Below are positions 47,301 to 53,967 of a stretch of DNA of 53,967 nucleotides, in pieces. Under the pieces are notes generated by a model. It had not been told where the DNA came from and ran no database searches. It worked only from the letters and a program-made list of their open reading frames with translations. Source of the stretch: Candidatus Peregrinibacteria bacterium (lineage in GTDB: Bacteria; Patescibacteriota; Gracilibacteria; CAIRYL01); assembly GCA_037138215.1 (NCBI GenBank), contig JBAXIU010000003.1, positions 1-53,967 on the forward strand, read 5' to 3'. The position numbers were made by a program, and so were the translations under genes. Within the stretch, counting starts at the first letter, position 1; the number at the start of each line of letters is the position of its first letter.

Positions 47301-48176
47301 GACCATCCTCTCCGAGGCATGGGACCATATCTCCTTAAAAAAGGAACACCCATTGCACAAATCCCTCAAAAAGTACGATTTTCTCCTAAAAAAGCCATTA
47401 CCGTTTGCGGTCTAGTGGAGAGCATAAAAAAGATTGTTACCAAGAAAAAAACCAACATGGCGATTGTGCTTTTGGAGGATCTCTCCCGAAAAATTGAGGT
47501 CGTGTTTTTCCCTTCTTCCTACGAAAAAAATGGAGAAAAATTGCAACCCGATGTGCTGGCGACCATTACTGGGAAAGCCGAAAAAAAAGATGGAGAATGG
47601 CAAATTTTAGCGGAAAATCTAGAAATTGAAGATCTCGGCATCGCTCGCAAAAAAGCAGAAGAACAAGGACTCCTTTCGGAAGAGACCATTTTATCGGCAG
47701 AAGAAGCGGAAGAAATGTTGGAAGGAGAGGAAGGAGGAGGAGAATTAAGAATTAGGAATGAAGAATTAGGAATAGAAGAGGAGGAGGGAGAATTAGGAAT
47801 GACAAATTACAAATTACAAATAGAGGGGGAAGAAAATGGGGAATTAAGAATGAAGAATGAAGGATTAGGAATAAAGGAGGAAGGAGGAAAAGATAAAACT
47901 GTTGAGGATGTTCCCCAACAGGGGGTCATGACCCCCTGTTCTGATGGTAATATACTGGATACAACAGAGGGGTTTGCCCCTCTCCCTGCCCCTTGGCAAA
48001 TAATTATTCCCGAAAAAATTTCTAAAGAAAAACTAGAGCGGCTTTTTCACCTTCTTAAAACACATCCAGGCAACACGGTGGTAAATTTGGTTTTTCACGG
48101 AGGAACACACCCCTTTCATCATGGTGTTGCACAGAGTGAAGAACTAAAGAAGAATATAGAAGAGATTCTTTTTTAA
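44322..48176 (+). CDS. dnaE: DNA polymerase III alpha subunit with repeat-derived insertions
   Basis: VHLHTHSDYS (PHP), GPGRGSAAG, MPDIDIDF, KMDFLGL, GFNKSH; TTG start. Confidence 0.97.
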   Translation: MPFVHLHTHSDYSFLDALPKAEDLAQKAKELGMPAVALTDRANMHGAIEFYKACKKEGVNPIIGGEFYLAPRSRNDKEQGIDNKRFRIVLLAENNEGYQNLLQLSTLSYLEGIYYVPRIDDDLLQKYGKNLIAILPRAGGEITPLLEHNELEKAVEKAERFQKIFPPENLFIETTPRPNSEEEGTFQSNLKKFCTQTGIAPVATNDMRYLEKEEREVHDTLICMEYSLQKTDADRISYLEHDLSFWSEAEMKDYFYDFLEAVENTGLIADRCHYEFEFGVNRLPQFPIPEGFSNDKEYLRFLCEKGVEKRYGQFPPDKGGRGGYEELGIGGVTENLQVTADHDQFQITAGHDPLLNVPNRQEILDRLNFELATIDQMGFNSYFLIVADFVQWAKNNGIAVGPGRGSAAGAIIAYLLEITDLDPLYHGLYFERFLNPERVSMPDIDIDFSDVRRDEVLEYVRGKYGRDCVAHVCTFGTMAARAAVKDVGRAFGVPFSDMNDFAKLIPEKPGTTLEEAFEQSKDLREKLKSDETLQKIFETAKRIEGNIRHVSVHACAVMITPEPIVKYTALMPAPKDANSIITQYQAKPLDMLGLLKMDFLGLRNLSILEKTLQHIKDRHGVEINLSTLPLDDEASFLLLSGGETTGVFQLESSGMTRYLKELCPTKFEDLVAMVSLYRPGPMKFIPDYIAGKHGKKVVKYPHPSLEKVLSPTFGIAVYQEQILEIAKIFGGFSLGGADLLRRAIGKKIASELAAQREKFIEGAKAQGHAEKLAIQIFDEVIEPFAGYGFNKSHAACYAMIAYQTAYLKAHYPVEFLAGLLSCDEENTDRVIIDIAAARRMKIDILPPSVKTSEGYFTILDDRTIRFGLNAIKGIGESVVEKILEARKKEGFENFADFLSKCGGKAVNKKSLEALAKAGALEEYEKTEKILANEERILEYAKSHKEDTSSLQDDLFGMHEVEVEVQDLSLPDAEPLSLAHKLRLEKEVLGLYVSDHPLRGMGPYLLKKGTPIAQIPQKVRFSPKKAITVCGLVESIKKIVTKKKTNMAIVLLEDLSRKIEVVFFPSSYEKNGEKLQPDVLATITGKAEKKDGEWQILAENLEIEDLGIARKKAEEQGLLSEETILSAEEAEEMLEGEEGGGELRIRNEELGIEEEEGELGMTNYKLQIEGEENGELRMKNEGLGIKEEGGKDKTVEDVPQQGVMTPCSDGNILDTTEGFAPLPAPWQIIIPEKISKEKLERLFHLLKTHPGNTVVNLVFHGGTHPFHHGVAQSEELKKNIEEILF
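45261..45386. repeat. Composite in-frame repeat insertion in dnaE
   Basis: C/G-run hairpin as at 3404, GAAGAATTAGGAAT, and a partial plus a perfect 26-bp palindrome TAACAGCGGGTCATGACCCGCTGTTA. Confidence 0.88.
47742..47940. repeat. Heptamer tandem clusters and a 24-bp palindrome in the dnaE 3' linker
   Basis: Three clusters of GAATTAG/GAATGAA/CAAATTA units; AACAGGGGGTCATGACCCCCTGTT at 47917-47940. Confidence 0.88.
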
Positions 48177-49351
48177 TCCGCGGATTCAGGAGTAGCAGTA
48201 AAAAAATCCTGAAGCCTTTGAGTAACGCGAGAGAGAAGAAAATTTTCTTGAGCAAGGACCTGCGCATTTTTTGCGATATGCTCCAAATGAAGCCGATTTT
48301 CCCATAAAATTTTTATTTTTTGGGCGAGATCAAAGGCATTTTTGGGTTCAAAAAATAATGCATTTTCTCGATCTGTAAAAATATGGGTTGGCGTTCCCAT
48401 ACGAGAAAGGATAAGCCCCTTTCCCGCCATGGCGCCTTCAATAGGAACGCGTCCAAAGGGCTCTTTTTCTGTTGCCGCATGGACCAGAATGTCCAGGGAT
48501 TCAAATGCTTTTTCAGGAGGTATAAAGCCACAAAACGAGATGTTTTTCTCCAGGTGATGGTCATGCACATACTGTTGAAGCCCCTCAAAAAAGGCGATGG
48601 TTTGGGGATTATGAGCAGTAGGCTCTCCAAAAATAAAGAACTGCGCATCGGGATAAATTTCCAAAAAAATCTTCGCAGCCTGCACAAAAATATGCTGCCC
48701 TTTCCAGGCGTCAATGCGACCAATAATCCCTATATTTAGCGGGCGACTTGCTAAAGACTGCGCAGAAAGCGGAGGGATATGGGAAAATTTTTCAGGATCA
48801 ACACCATTGGGAAGCACTTCTACTTTCTCTGTTTTTACCCCCGAAGAAACGAGATACTCTTTTACATCCTGAGAACAGGCAAAAATATGAAAAAATCGCC
48901 CAGAAAAGAGCTTGAGGAAAAATGGAGGAGCTGTAAAATCATGGGCAAAAAACGAGAACCGAAGAGAACGAGGGAGAAAAACCGCCGCCAACCCCGCAAT
49001 ACAAAAAGTCCGAACCGTATTGGCGTGGATATGGGTAATATTTTCGTGGCGTATAAATGTTCGTAATGCATACGCAGAGCGGAACCATTTCCCAATGGTG
49101 GAAAATGAGAGGGGCTTAAGTTGGGGTAAAAAGAAAGAATGGAGCGAAAAAGACTGATTTTTTTGCGATTCTTTTTCCCAGGCCGTCCACGCAACAGAAT
49201 GAGAATTTCCAATCCCTACCAAATATTGGGGCTTATCATCATCTCCATCACTGCAAAAGCGAAGAGAGGAAAAGAAATCGAGAGAAAAAAGCTCTGCTCC
49301 CCCTAAAATATCACCGTTTTCCAGAAAGAGAATTTTGCGAGCAGAAGGCAT
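48173..49351 (-). CDS. Glycosyltransferase family 4
   Basis: GGAE, IHAN, PNGVD, GRIDAWKGQ, EPFGRVPIEG. Start ATG 49351. Confidence 0.9.
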   Translation of the reverse strand: MPSARKILFLENGDILGGAELFSLDFFSSLRFCSDGDDDKPQYLVGIGNSHSVAWTAWEKESQKNQSFSLHSFFLPQLKPLSFSTIGKWFRSAYALRTFIRHENITHIHANTVRTFCIAGLAAVFLPRSLRFSFFAHDFTAPPFFLKLFSGRFFHIFACSQDVKEYLVSSGVKTEKVEVLPNGVDPEKFSHIPPLSAQSLASRPLNIGIIGRIDAWKGQHIFVQAAKIFLEIYPDAQFFIFGEPTAHNPQTIAFFEGLQQYVHDHHLEKNISFCGFIPPEKAFESLDILVHAATEKEPFGRVPIEGAMAGKGLILSRMGTPTHIFTDRENALFFEPKNAFDLAQKIKILWENRLHLEHIAKNAQVLAQENFLLSRVTQRLQDFFTATPESAD

Positions 49352-49461
49352 GGAGAAGAGGAGAAAAGAAAAACCGCACACGAAGTATACAAGAATTGAA
49401 AACAGTTAAAGAAAGAACCACGGACATTGTGGCAGGAAAAAAATGGCTTGCAAAGAAGAAT

Positions 49462-49494
49462 AAAAAAAGGAGTACTCCCCTCAGGAAGTACTCC
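49462..49494 (-). terminator. Intrinsic terminator after the lectin-fold gene
   Basis: GGAGTACTTCC-TGAG-GGGAGTACTCC followed by T7 on the minus strand. Confidence 0.75.
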
Positions 49495-49519
49495 AAGATA
49501 ACAATAGAATAGCTCTTTT

Positions 49520-50149
49520 TTAGTGCACACAACGATAAGTAGCAGGGTATCCTAAGTGACCAGAATGACCATCCCAAATTAAAGAAATAAAAGAGTCATT
49601 CCCACTGCATTGTCCTATAGCACTCCCTTGGCCATAAAGACCTCCGCTTTCTGCTGAAGTGAGCTGATTAGAGATATGCTCGTAATTATCTCCTGTATTT
49701 GCTATTCCTAGGCCCGTTGCATTTTTACATACGGTTTGCCACTCCAGTGTTTCTGGAAGTCTTTTCCCTTCGTTAATACAGGTCTTAAGAGCGTCATGCC
49801 AAACGGCGGTAGCTTTTTCTGTTTTATCAATACAAAAACCTTTTCCTGCTTTTATATCTACAAACGCTTCAGTATTAGCGCAAGAAGTTCCATCATGAGG
49901 AGTCCACAGATTTGCATCACTCATAATACCTGCAAACATTCCTAACCCTTCAGGGGGCGCAGAACGAGTAGTCGCAGATCCAAATTGAGCCGGTGTAAGG
50001 TATTGGTAACTCCCAGGGTCTTGACTAGGCTCTGGAAAGGAAGCATATACTGCGGCAATTCCACCAAAAATAATGGCCAATGCCATAAGCGTGGAAGAAG
50101 CTTTTTGAAAGGTTTCCAAAAGCCATTTTTTTAAAAAAGAGGTTTTCAT
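49520..50149 (-). CDS. Exported protein with a C-type-lectin/FGE-like fold
   Basis: FCIDKTE..W..A..C..EGKRLP...EW..C and terminal YRCV; N-terminal hydrophobic segment ending AVYA. Confidence 0.7.
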   Translation of the reverse strand: MKTSFLKKWLLETFQKASSTLMALAIIFGGIAAVYASFPEPSQDPGSYQYLTPAQFGSATTRSAPPEGLGMFAGIMSDANLWTPHDGTSCANTEAFVDIKAGKGFCIDKTEKATAVWHDALKTCINEGKRLPETLEWQTVCKNATGLGIANTGDNYEHISNQLTSAESGGLYGQGSAIGQCSGNDSFISLIWDGHSGHLGYPATYRCVH

Positions 50150-50187
50150 AGAAAAGAAAAAAAGGGAAAAAGAGCGATGACAGAACC

Positions 50188-51453
50188 TTATTCTTGGGTA
50201 AACCGGATATACCCCATAATGGGATTATAGGCATTTCCGACAATACGACCCAGTGTTTTATTGAGAGTGACCAAGTACAGATTATTAGTATTATTAAAAT
50301 TAATATATCCCACTATCGGATTATAAGCATATCCCGTCAACTTGTTCGTGGTACTATCGTAGTGTACGCAGTAATTATTAGGAGCAGTTCCTCCGCAAAA
50401 ATTAATATATCCAAGATTAGGATTATATGCGTATCCTGAGAGATTCCCTGATGCACCATTGGCAGGGAGCATAACCCCGTATGTCGCCCCTTTCATATGG
50501 AAATATCCAAATAGCGGGTTATACGCATATCCATCCAGTGCGCCCGTAGGAGCATCAACACTCACGGCATATTTCAATGCGGCACATCTATCGGGATCGC
50601 ACACTCTTATACTGTCAGGCGGATTTGGAAAATACGGATTACTATGGCAAAAGCTTTCTGCCACAAGATTCCCATCTTGATCAGCGCAAGAGACAATTCT
50701 CTTTTGCACACATCCAGATACCTCTGTTACACAAGATCCAAAATCATTCCGTACCCAATCGTACACCCCTTTAGTGCCTCTCTCACACACGGGATTCCCA
50801 TTGGCATCAAACCCATTTAAAAAGGTTTTTGTTCCATCTGAATCAGGAGCACAAGCAAATGTTGTTACTAATTTATGACCATTTACACTTCCTCCCAACG
50901 GAAGATTGACCTGAGAAGGAGTGATAACGAGACCGTTTTCCCCCACCGTTGGAGTGGTAGAATCTTTTTGAAGCCACACCCTCAATTCACTAGACGGCTG
51001 ATCAAAGTATAGCGCCGCGTGTCCTGATGAGTTCTCCCATTGCACTTCTGGATTTTGAGAAGCCCCAGAAAGAGCAGAGATACGCATTTTTGGAGATATT
51101 CCCGACATTTTTACAGTGCCCTCCTCCGCAGAATTAATAAATGTTGTAGATGCTGCTTCATCCCCTATTCCCCATTTTAAATCCCCTGCCACTCCAGAAA
51201 AAACGCCGTTTTCATCCACAAGAGCATGGGCTTTTTTTACCGTTCCCGTCGTCAGAGGCGTAGAAAAATCAGTAGGAAGAGAATCAAAAATTTGCTCTAC
51301 CCAGTTCCCATACATATCTCCTCCTTCTTCCCGATTGGTAGCGTATGCAGCAGTAAAAACGCCAATCATGAGAAGCGCAAAAAAAGCCCTCAATGCGTAT
51401 CGAGGAAATTTTTGTGAGAGCCACGACTTTTGTGTTTTGTTTTTTACCACCAT
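50188..51453 (-). CDS. Exported surface protein with a TSP1-like module and four GYAYNP repeats
   Basis: Hydrophobic N-terminus ending AAYA; W....FGSC....C.QKR.V.C..DG..V.ES.C; GYAYNPxxGYxxF repeated four times. Confidence 0.75.
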   Translation of the reverse strand: MVVKNKTQKSWLSQKFPRYALRAFFALLMIGVFTAAYATNREEGGDMYGNWVEQIFDSLPTDFSTPLTTGTVKKAHALVDENGVFSGVAGDLKWGIGDEAASTTFINSAEEGTVKMSGISPKMRISALSGASQNPEVQWENSSGHAALYFDQPSSELRVWLQKDSTTPTVGENGLVITPSQVNLPLGGSVNGHKLVTTFACAPDSDGTKTFLNGFDANGNPVCERGTKGVYDWVRNDFGSCVTEVSGCVQKRIVSCADQDGNLVAESFCHSNPYFPNPPDSIRVCDPDRCAALKYAVSVDAPTGALDGYAYNPLFGYFHMKGATYGVMLPANGASGNLSGYAYNPNLGYINFCGGTAPNNYCVHYDSTTNKLTGYAYNPIVGYINFNNTNNLYLVTLNKTLGRIVGNAYNPIMGYIRFTQE

Positions 51454-51575
51454 AAAAAGGAGAATCTCGCTATTATTATAGCATATCTCTTAATCGATAG
51501 GAAGGGAGTTTTCCAGAAACACAATTTCCCTTCTTCTGGTTCTTTTTGTACACTCATCTCGTTTTTTATCTTTTT

Positions 51576-52676
51576 ATGGCAACCTATCAAGAGGCGGGAG
51601 TAGATATTTCTACGGGAGACATTGCATCTCGCATTGCATACCAAGAAGCGCTCAAAACCTTTGCTTCGCGCGCGGGAATGATAGGCGCTCCTTTGGCGCT
51701 AGAAGGCGGATTTTCCGGAGCTTTAGATTTTGGTCAATTTTTAATGGTGATGAACTGCGATGGAGTCGGGACAAAAATTGATGTGGCTTTGGAAACGCAA
51801 AATTTCACGGACCTAGGAGATGATCTTCTGGCAATGACGGCAGATGATGCGATTTGCGTAGGGGCCGAAGTTATTGCTATTACCAATACGGTCGATACTA
51901 ATCGCGTGAATCCTACAGAAATTAAGGCCATGATGGAATCCCTCTCTACCGCGTGCATACGAGAAAAAGTGGTAATCCCCGGAGGAGAAATTGCGGAGCT
52001 CGGGCATACGCTTTCTAAAACCATCTGGAACTCCACGGCCATTGGAGTAGTAGAAAAAGAGAAATACATTACCGGTGCAGATATTGCGCCTGGGGACAGC
52101 GTTATTGCGCTGCAAGAAAACGGGTTTCGAGCAAATGGATTTTCCCTAGTGCGCCACATTTTACGAGAAAACGGAGTTTCTTTTTCCGATCCTTATGAAC
52201 AAAATCTCCAAAAAACATGGGGAGAAATGCTCCTCACTCCGGCAAAAATTTATCATTCTGCTCTTCTCTCCATTTTGGGACGATATGGAGTTCCTTCGGT
52301 ATTTCCCATAAAAGGCATTGCCCATATTACTGGAGGCGGACTGGCAGGGAATTTTTTCCGAATCCTCAAAAAAAAGAATCTCGGGGCGTATTTACCAGAT
52401 ATTTTTGATATGCCAGAGATGATGAAAGCAATCCAAAAAATGGGAAATGTTTCGGATCGAGAAGCGTATAGAACTTGGAATGGGGGGAATGGAATGCTGC
52501 TGGTCGTCAATTCTGAAGATGCGGAGAAAGTCGTATCACTCCTAAAAAAATCAGGAGTAACGGCAAAAGTATGTGGAGAAATTACTGCCACGCCAGAAAT
52601 AGTGCACAAAAACTGGGGAGCAGAACAAAGAGAGGAAATGTTAAAATTTACGAAAGAAGAAGGCTCAAAAGGGTAG
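51576..52676 (+). CDS. purM: Phosphoribosylformylglycinamidine cyclo-ligase (AIR synthetase)
   Basis: YQEAGVDI, DGVGTK, GGEIAE, NGFSLVR, AHITGGG, YRTWN.G.GM. Confidence 0.92.
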   Translation: MATYQEAGVDISTGDIASRIAYQEALKTFASRAGMIGAPLALEGGFSGALDFGQFLMVMNCDGVGTKIDVALETQNFTDLGDDLLAMTADDAICVGAEVIAITNTVDTNRVNPTEIKAMMESLSTACIREKVVIPGGEIAELGHTLSKTIWNSTAIGVVEKEKYITGADIAPGDSVIALQENGFRANGFSLVRHILRENGVSFSDPYEQNLQKTWGEMLLTPAKIYHSALLSILGRYGVPSVFPIKGIAHITGGGLAGNFFRILKKKNLGAYLPDIFDMPEMMKAIQKMGNVSDREAYRTWNGGNGMLLVVNSEDAEKVVSLLKKSGVTAKVCGEITATPEIVHKNWGAEQREEMLKFTKEEGSKG

Positions 52677-52690
52677 CATTTTAATTTTTT

Positions 52691-53431
52691 ATGAATCTCT
52701 CACCACCACTTATTACTGGTCTCCATCAGTACTTTCAAAATTCTGGAGCACAAAAAGCCATTGTAGGAGTTTCAGGAGGAGTAGATTCGGCCGTAACACT
52801 TTCCATTGCCGTACGAGCGTTGGGACACAGTCGTGTTATCCCGGTTTTAATGCCGTTTCAAATCGGAAAGATTTCCTCACATGAAAATTTTGAAGATGCA
52901 AAAAATATTTGCGCCCTCTTTCATACTACCCCTCGTATTTTTCAACTCGATGATTTTTTTGCGCCATACGAGCAAAATATGCCGGAAATGGCACAGCAAA
53001 TGGTGACGGGAAATACGCTGGCACGGATTCGAATGACCATTCTTTTTGCATTGGCGAATGCAGAAAATGGATTAGTATTAGGGACTTGTAATAAAACAGA
53101 AGTGCTTTTGGGCTACGAAACAAAATTTGGAGACGGAGCGGCCGATATTTCTGTTTTAGGAGATTTATGGAAAACAGAAGTATGGGAAATGGCAAAAGAG
53201 CTTGATCTCCCTGAGATTTTTATCACCAAAACACCCAGTGCCGAACTTTTTGAGGGGCACACAGACGAGGGAGAGCTCGGGTTTTCGTATATACAAGCAG
53301 ATAATATTTTACAGGCATTAGAGAATGGAGAGGAACTTGAGAAAACACCCACGCTTGAGCGGATTCAAATGCTCATAAAAAAAAGTGAGCATAAGAGAAT
53401 TTCCATTCCCGTACTCCCAAAATCTGTCTGA
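52691..53431 (+). CDS. nadE: NH3-dependent NAD+ synthetase
   Basis: GVSGGVDSA, N..ARIRM, GYETKFGDG, PSAEL, SEHKR. Confidence 0.95.
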   Translation: MNLSPPLITGLHQYFQNSGAQKAIVGVSGGVDSAVTLSIAVRALGHSRVIPVLMPFQIGKISSHENFEDAKNICALFHTTPRIFQLDDFFAPYEQNMPEMAQQMVTGNTLARIRMTILFALANAENGLVLGTCNKTEVLLGYETKFGDGAADISVLGDLWKTEVWEMAKELDLPEIFITKTPSAELFEGHTDEGELGFSYIQADNILQALENGEELEKTPTLERIQMLIKKSEHKRISIPVLPKSV

Positions 53432-53436
53432 TCCTC

Positions 53437-53823
53437 ATGAGAATTCTCTTTTCTGTTATAAAAATTTCAGCAAAAAAAAGTTTTCAAAAATTAAGAGATC
53501 ATTCTCCTTATTTTTGTAAAGCCATTGGCTCGAATATTTTTGTTACAAAAAAGATACTGTCTCATATTACGAGCATTGAAAAGGGGAGGAGCCTCTATGA
53601 AATGGCAATGAGACTTTCTATAATTCCTCTTATTGAAGATATCTTACAGGAGGGGGAAATTGTTGAAGTTCGAGAAAACAATAAAATAGGGATTATTTTT
53701 TTAAAAATATCCCATACTATAAATCACCATACCTTTTCTGTAATTATTGAGCAAAAAGAGGGAGATAATTTTCTTATCAGTTGTTTTAGAGAGTTTAAAT
53801 ACCAAAAAAGAGACCTGTCTTAA
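53437..53823 (+). CDS. Small basic protein, possible RelE/barnase-like (BECR-type) ribonuclease
   Basis: IFVT...SHI...RS..E...RL..I and a C-terminal beta-meander ending FLISCF; family assignment is inferred. Confidence 0.55.
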   Translation: MRILFSVIKISAKKSFQKLRDHSPYFCKAIGSNIFVTKKILSHITSIEKGRSLYEMAMRLSIIPLIEDILQEGEIVEVRENNKIGIIFLKISHTINHHTFSVIIEQKEGDNFLISCFREFKYQKRDLS

Positions 53824-53871
53824 CCTTTATTGGTAGCTCACATATCAACAGATATGTTCAGATCTCACTTC
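53804..53871 (-). ncRNA. Putative structured antisense small RNA (about 68 nt)
   Basis: Closing stem GAGATCTG/CAGGTCTC plus U6, inner hairpin ACATATC-TGTT-GATATGT, upstream promoter. Confidence 0.5.
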
Positions 53872-53877
53872 CACACC

Positions 53878-53906
53878 ATCGTATACCATTTTTAAATACT
53901 TTTCAA
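53878..53906 (-). promoter_or_regulatory. Sigma70-type promoter for the putative antisense RNA
   Basis: TTGAAA (53906-53901)-17 nt-TACGAT (53883-53878). Confidence 0.55.
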
Positions 53907-53967
53907 GAAAAATTGGGTATTCTCTAAAAGGGTGTGCTAGAAAAGTAAAAAAAGTGGAAATGAGGGA

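Overview
A 54-kb AT-rich chromosomal window from a bacterium using genetic code 11 (TGA acts as a stop, e.g. the ATGA overlap between the DAHP synthase gene and aroB). DUF4012, a T4SS-type pilin, a VirB6-like membrane protein, GxAxN..GxI.F repeat proteins and pyrimidine-rich leaders without Shine-Dalgarno motifs suggest a CPR/Patescibacteria lineage, probably Peregrinibacteria-like (inference). It carries housekeeping genes (gltX, metG, topA, sufB, sppA, tatD, rpsO, radA, dnaE, nadE, purM, tRNA-Cys) and many amino-acid biosynthesis genes (asd, lysC, thrC, DapL-like, DAHP synthase, aroB, an aroE-trpC fusion, trpD, leuB). Four things stand out. (1) A four-gene cassette: a divergent Lgt-like transferase, a Tes/GDGT-MAS-like radical SAM enzyme, and two paralogous small membrane proteins ending in a conserved IGAGVCxGN motif, which could be a lipid-modification or cross-linking system. 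(2) A RAYT-type Y1 transposase with 47-bp hairpin-containing inverted repeats, plus several palindromic repeat families that have inserted in-frame into metG, aroE-trpC, dnaE and the VirB6-like gene. (3) A small nuclease-like ORF with a convergent, promoter-driven, structured ~68-nt antisense RNA. (4) A DUF4012 gene split by a frameshift at a T9 tract. All calls come from reading motifs by eye; no database searches were run.
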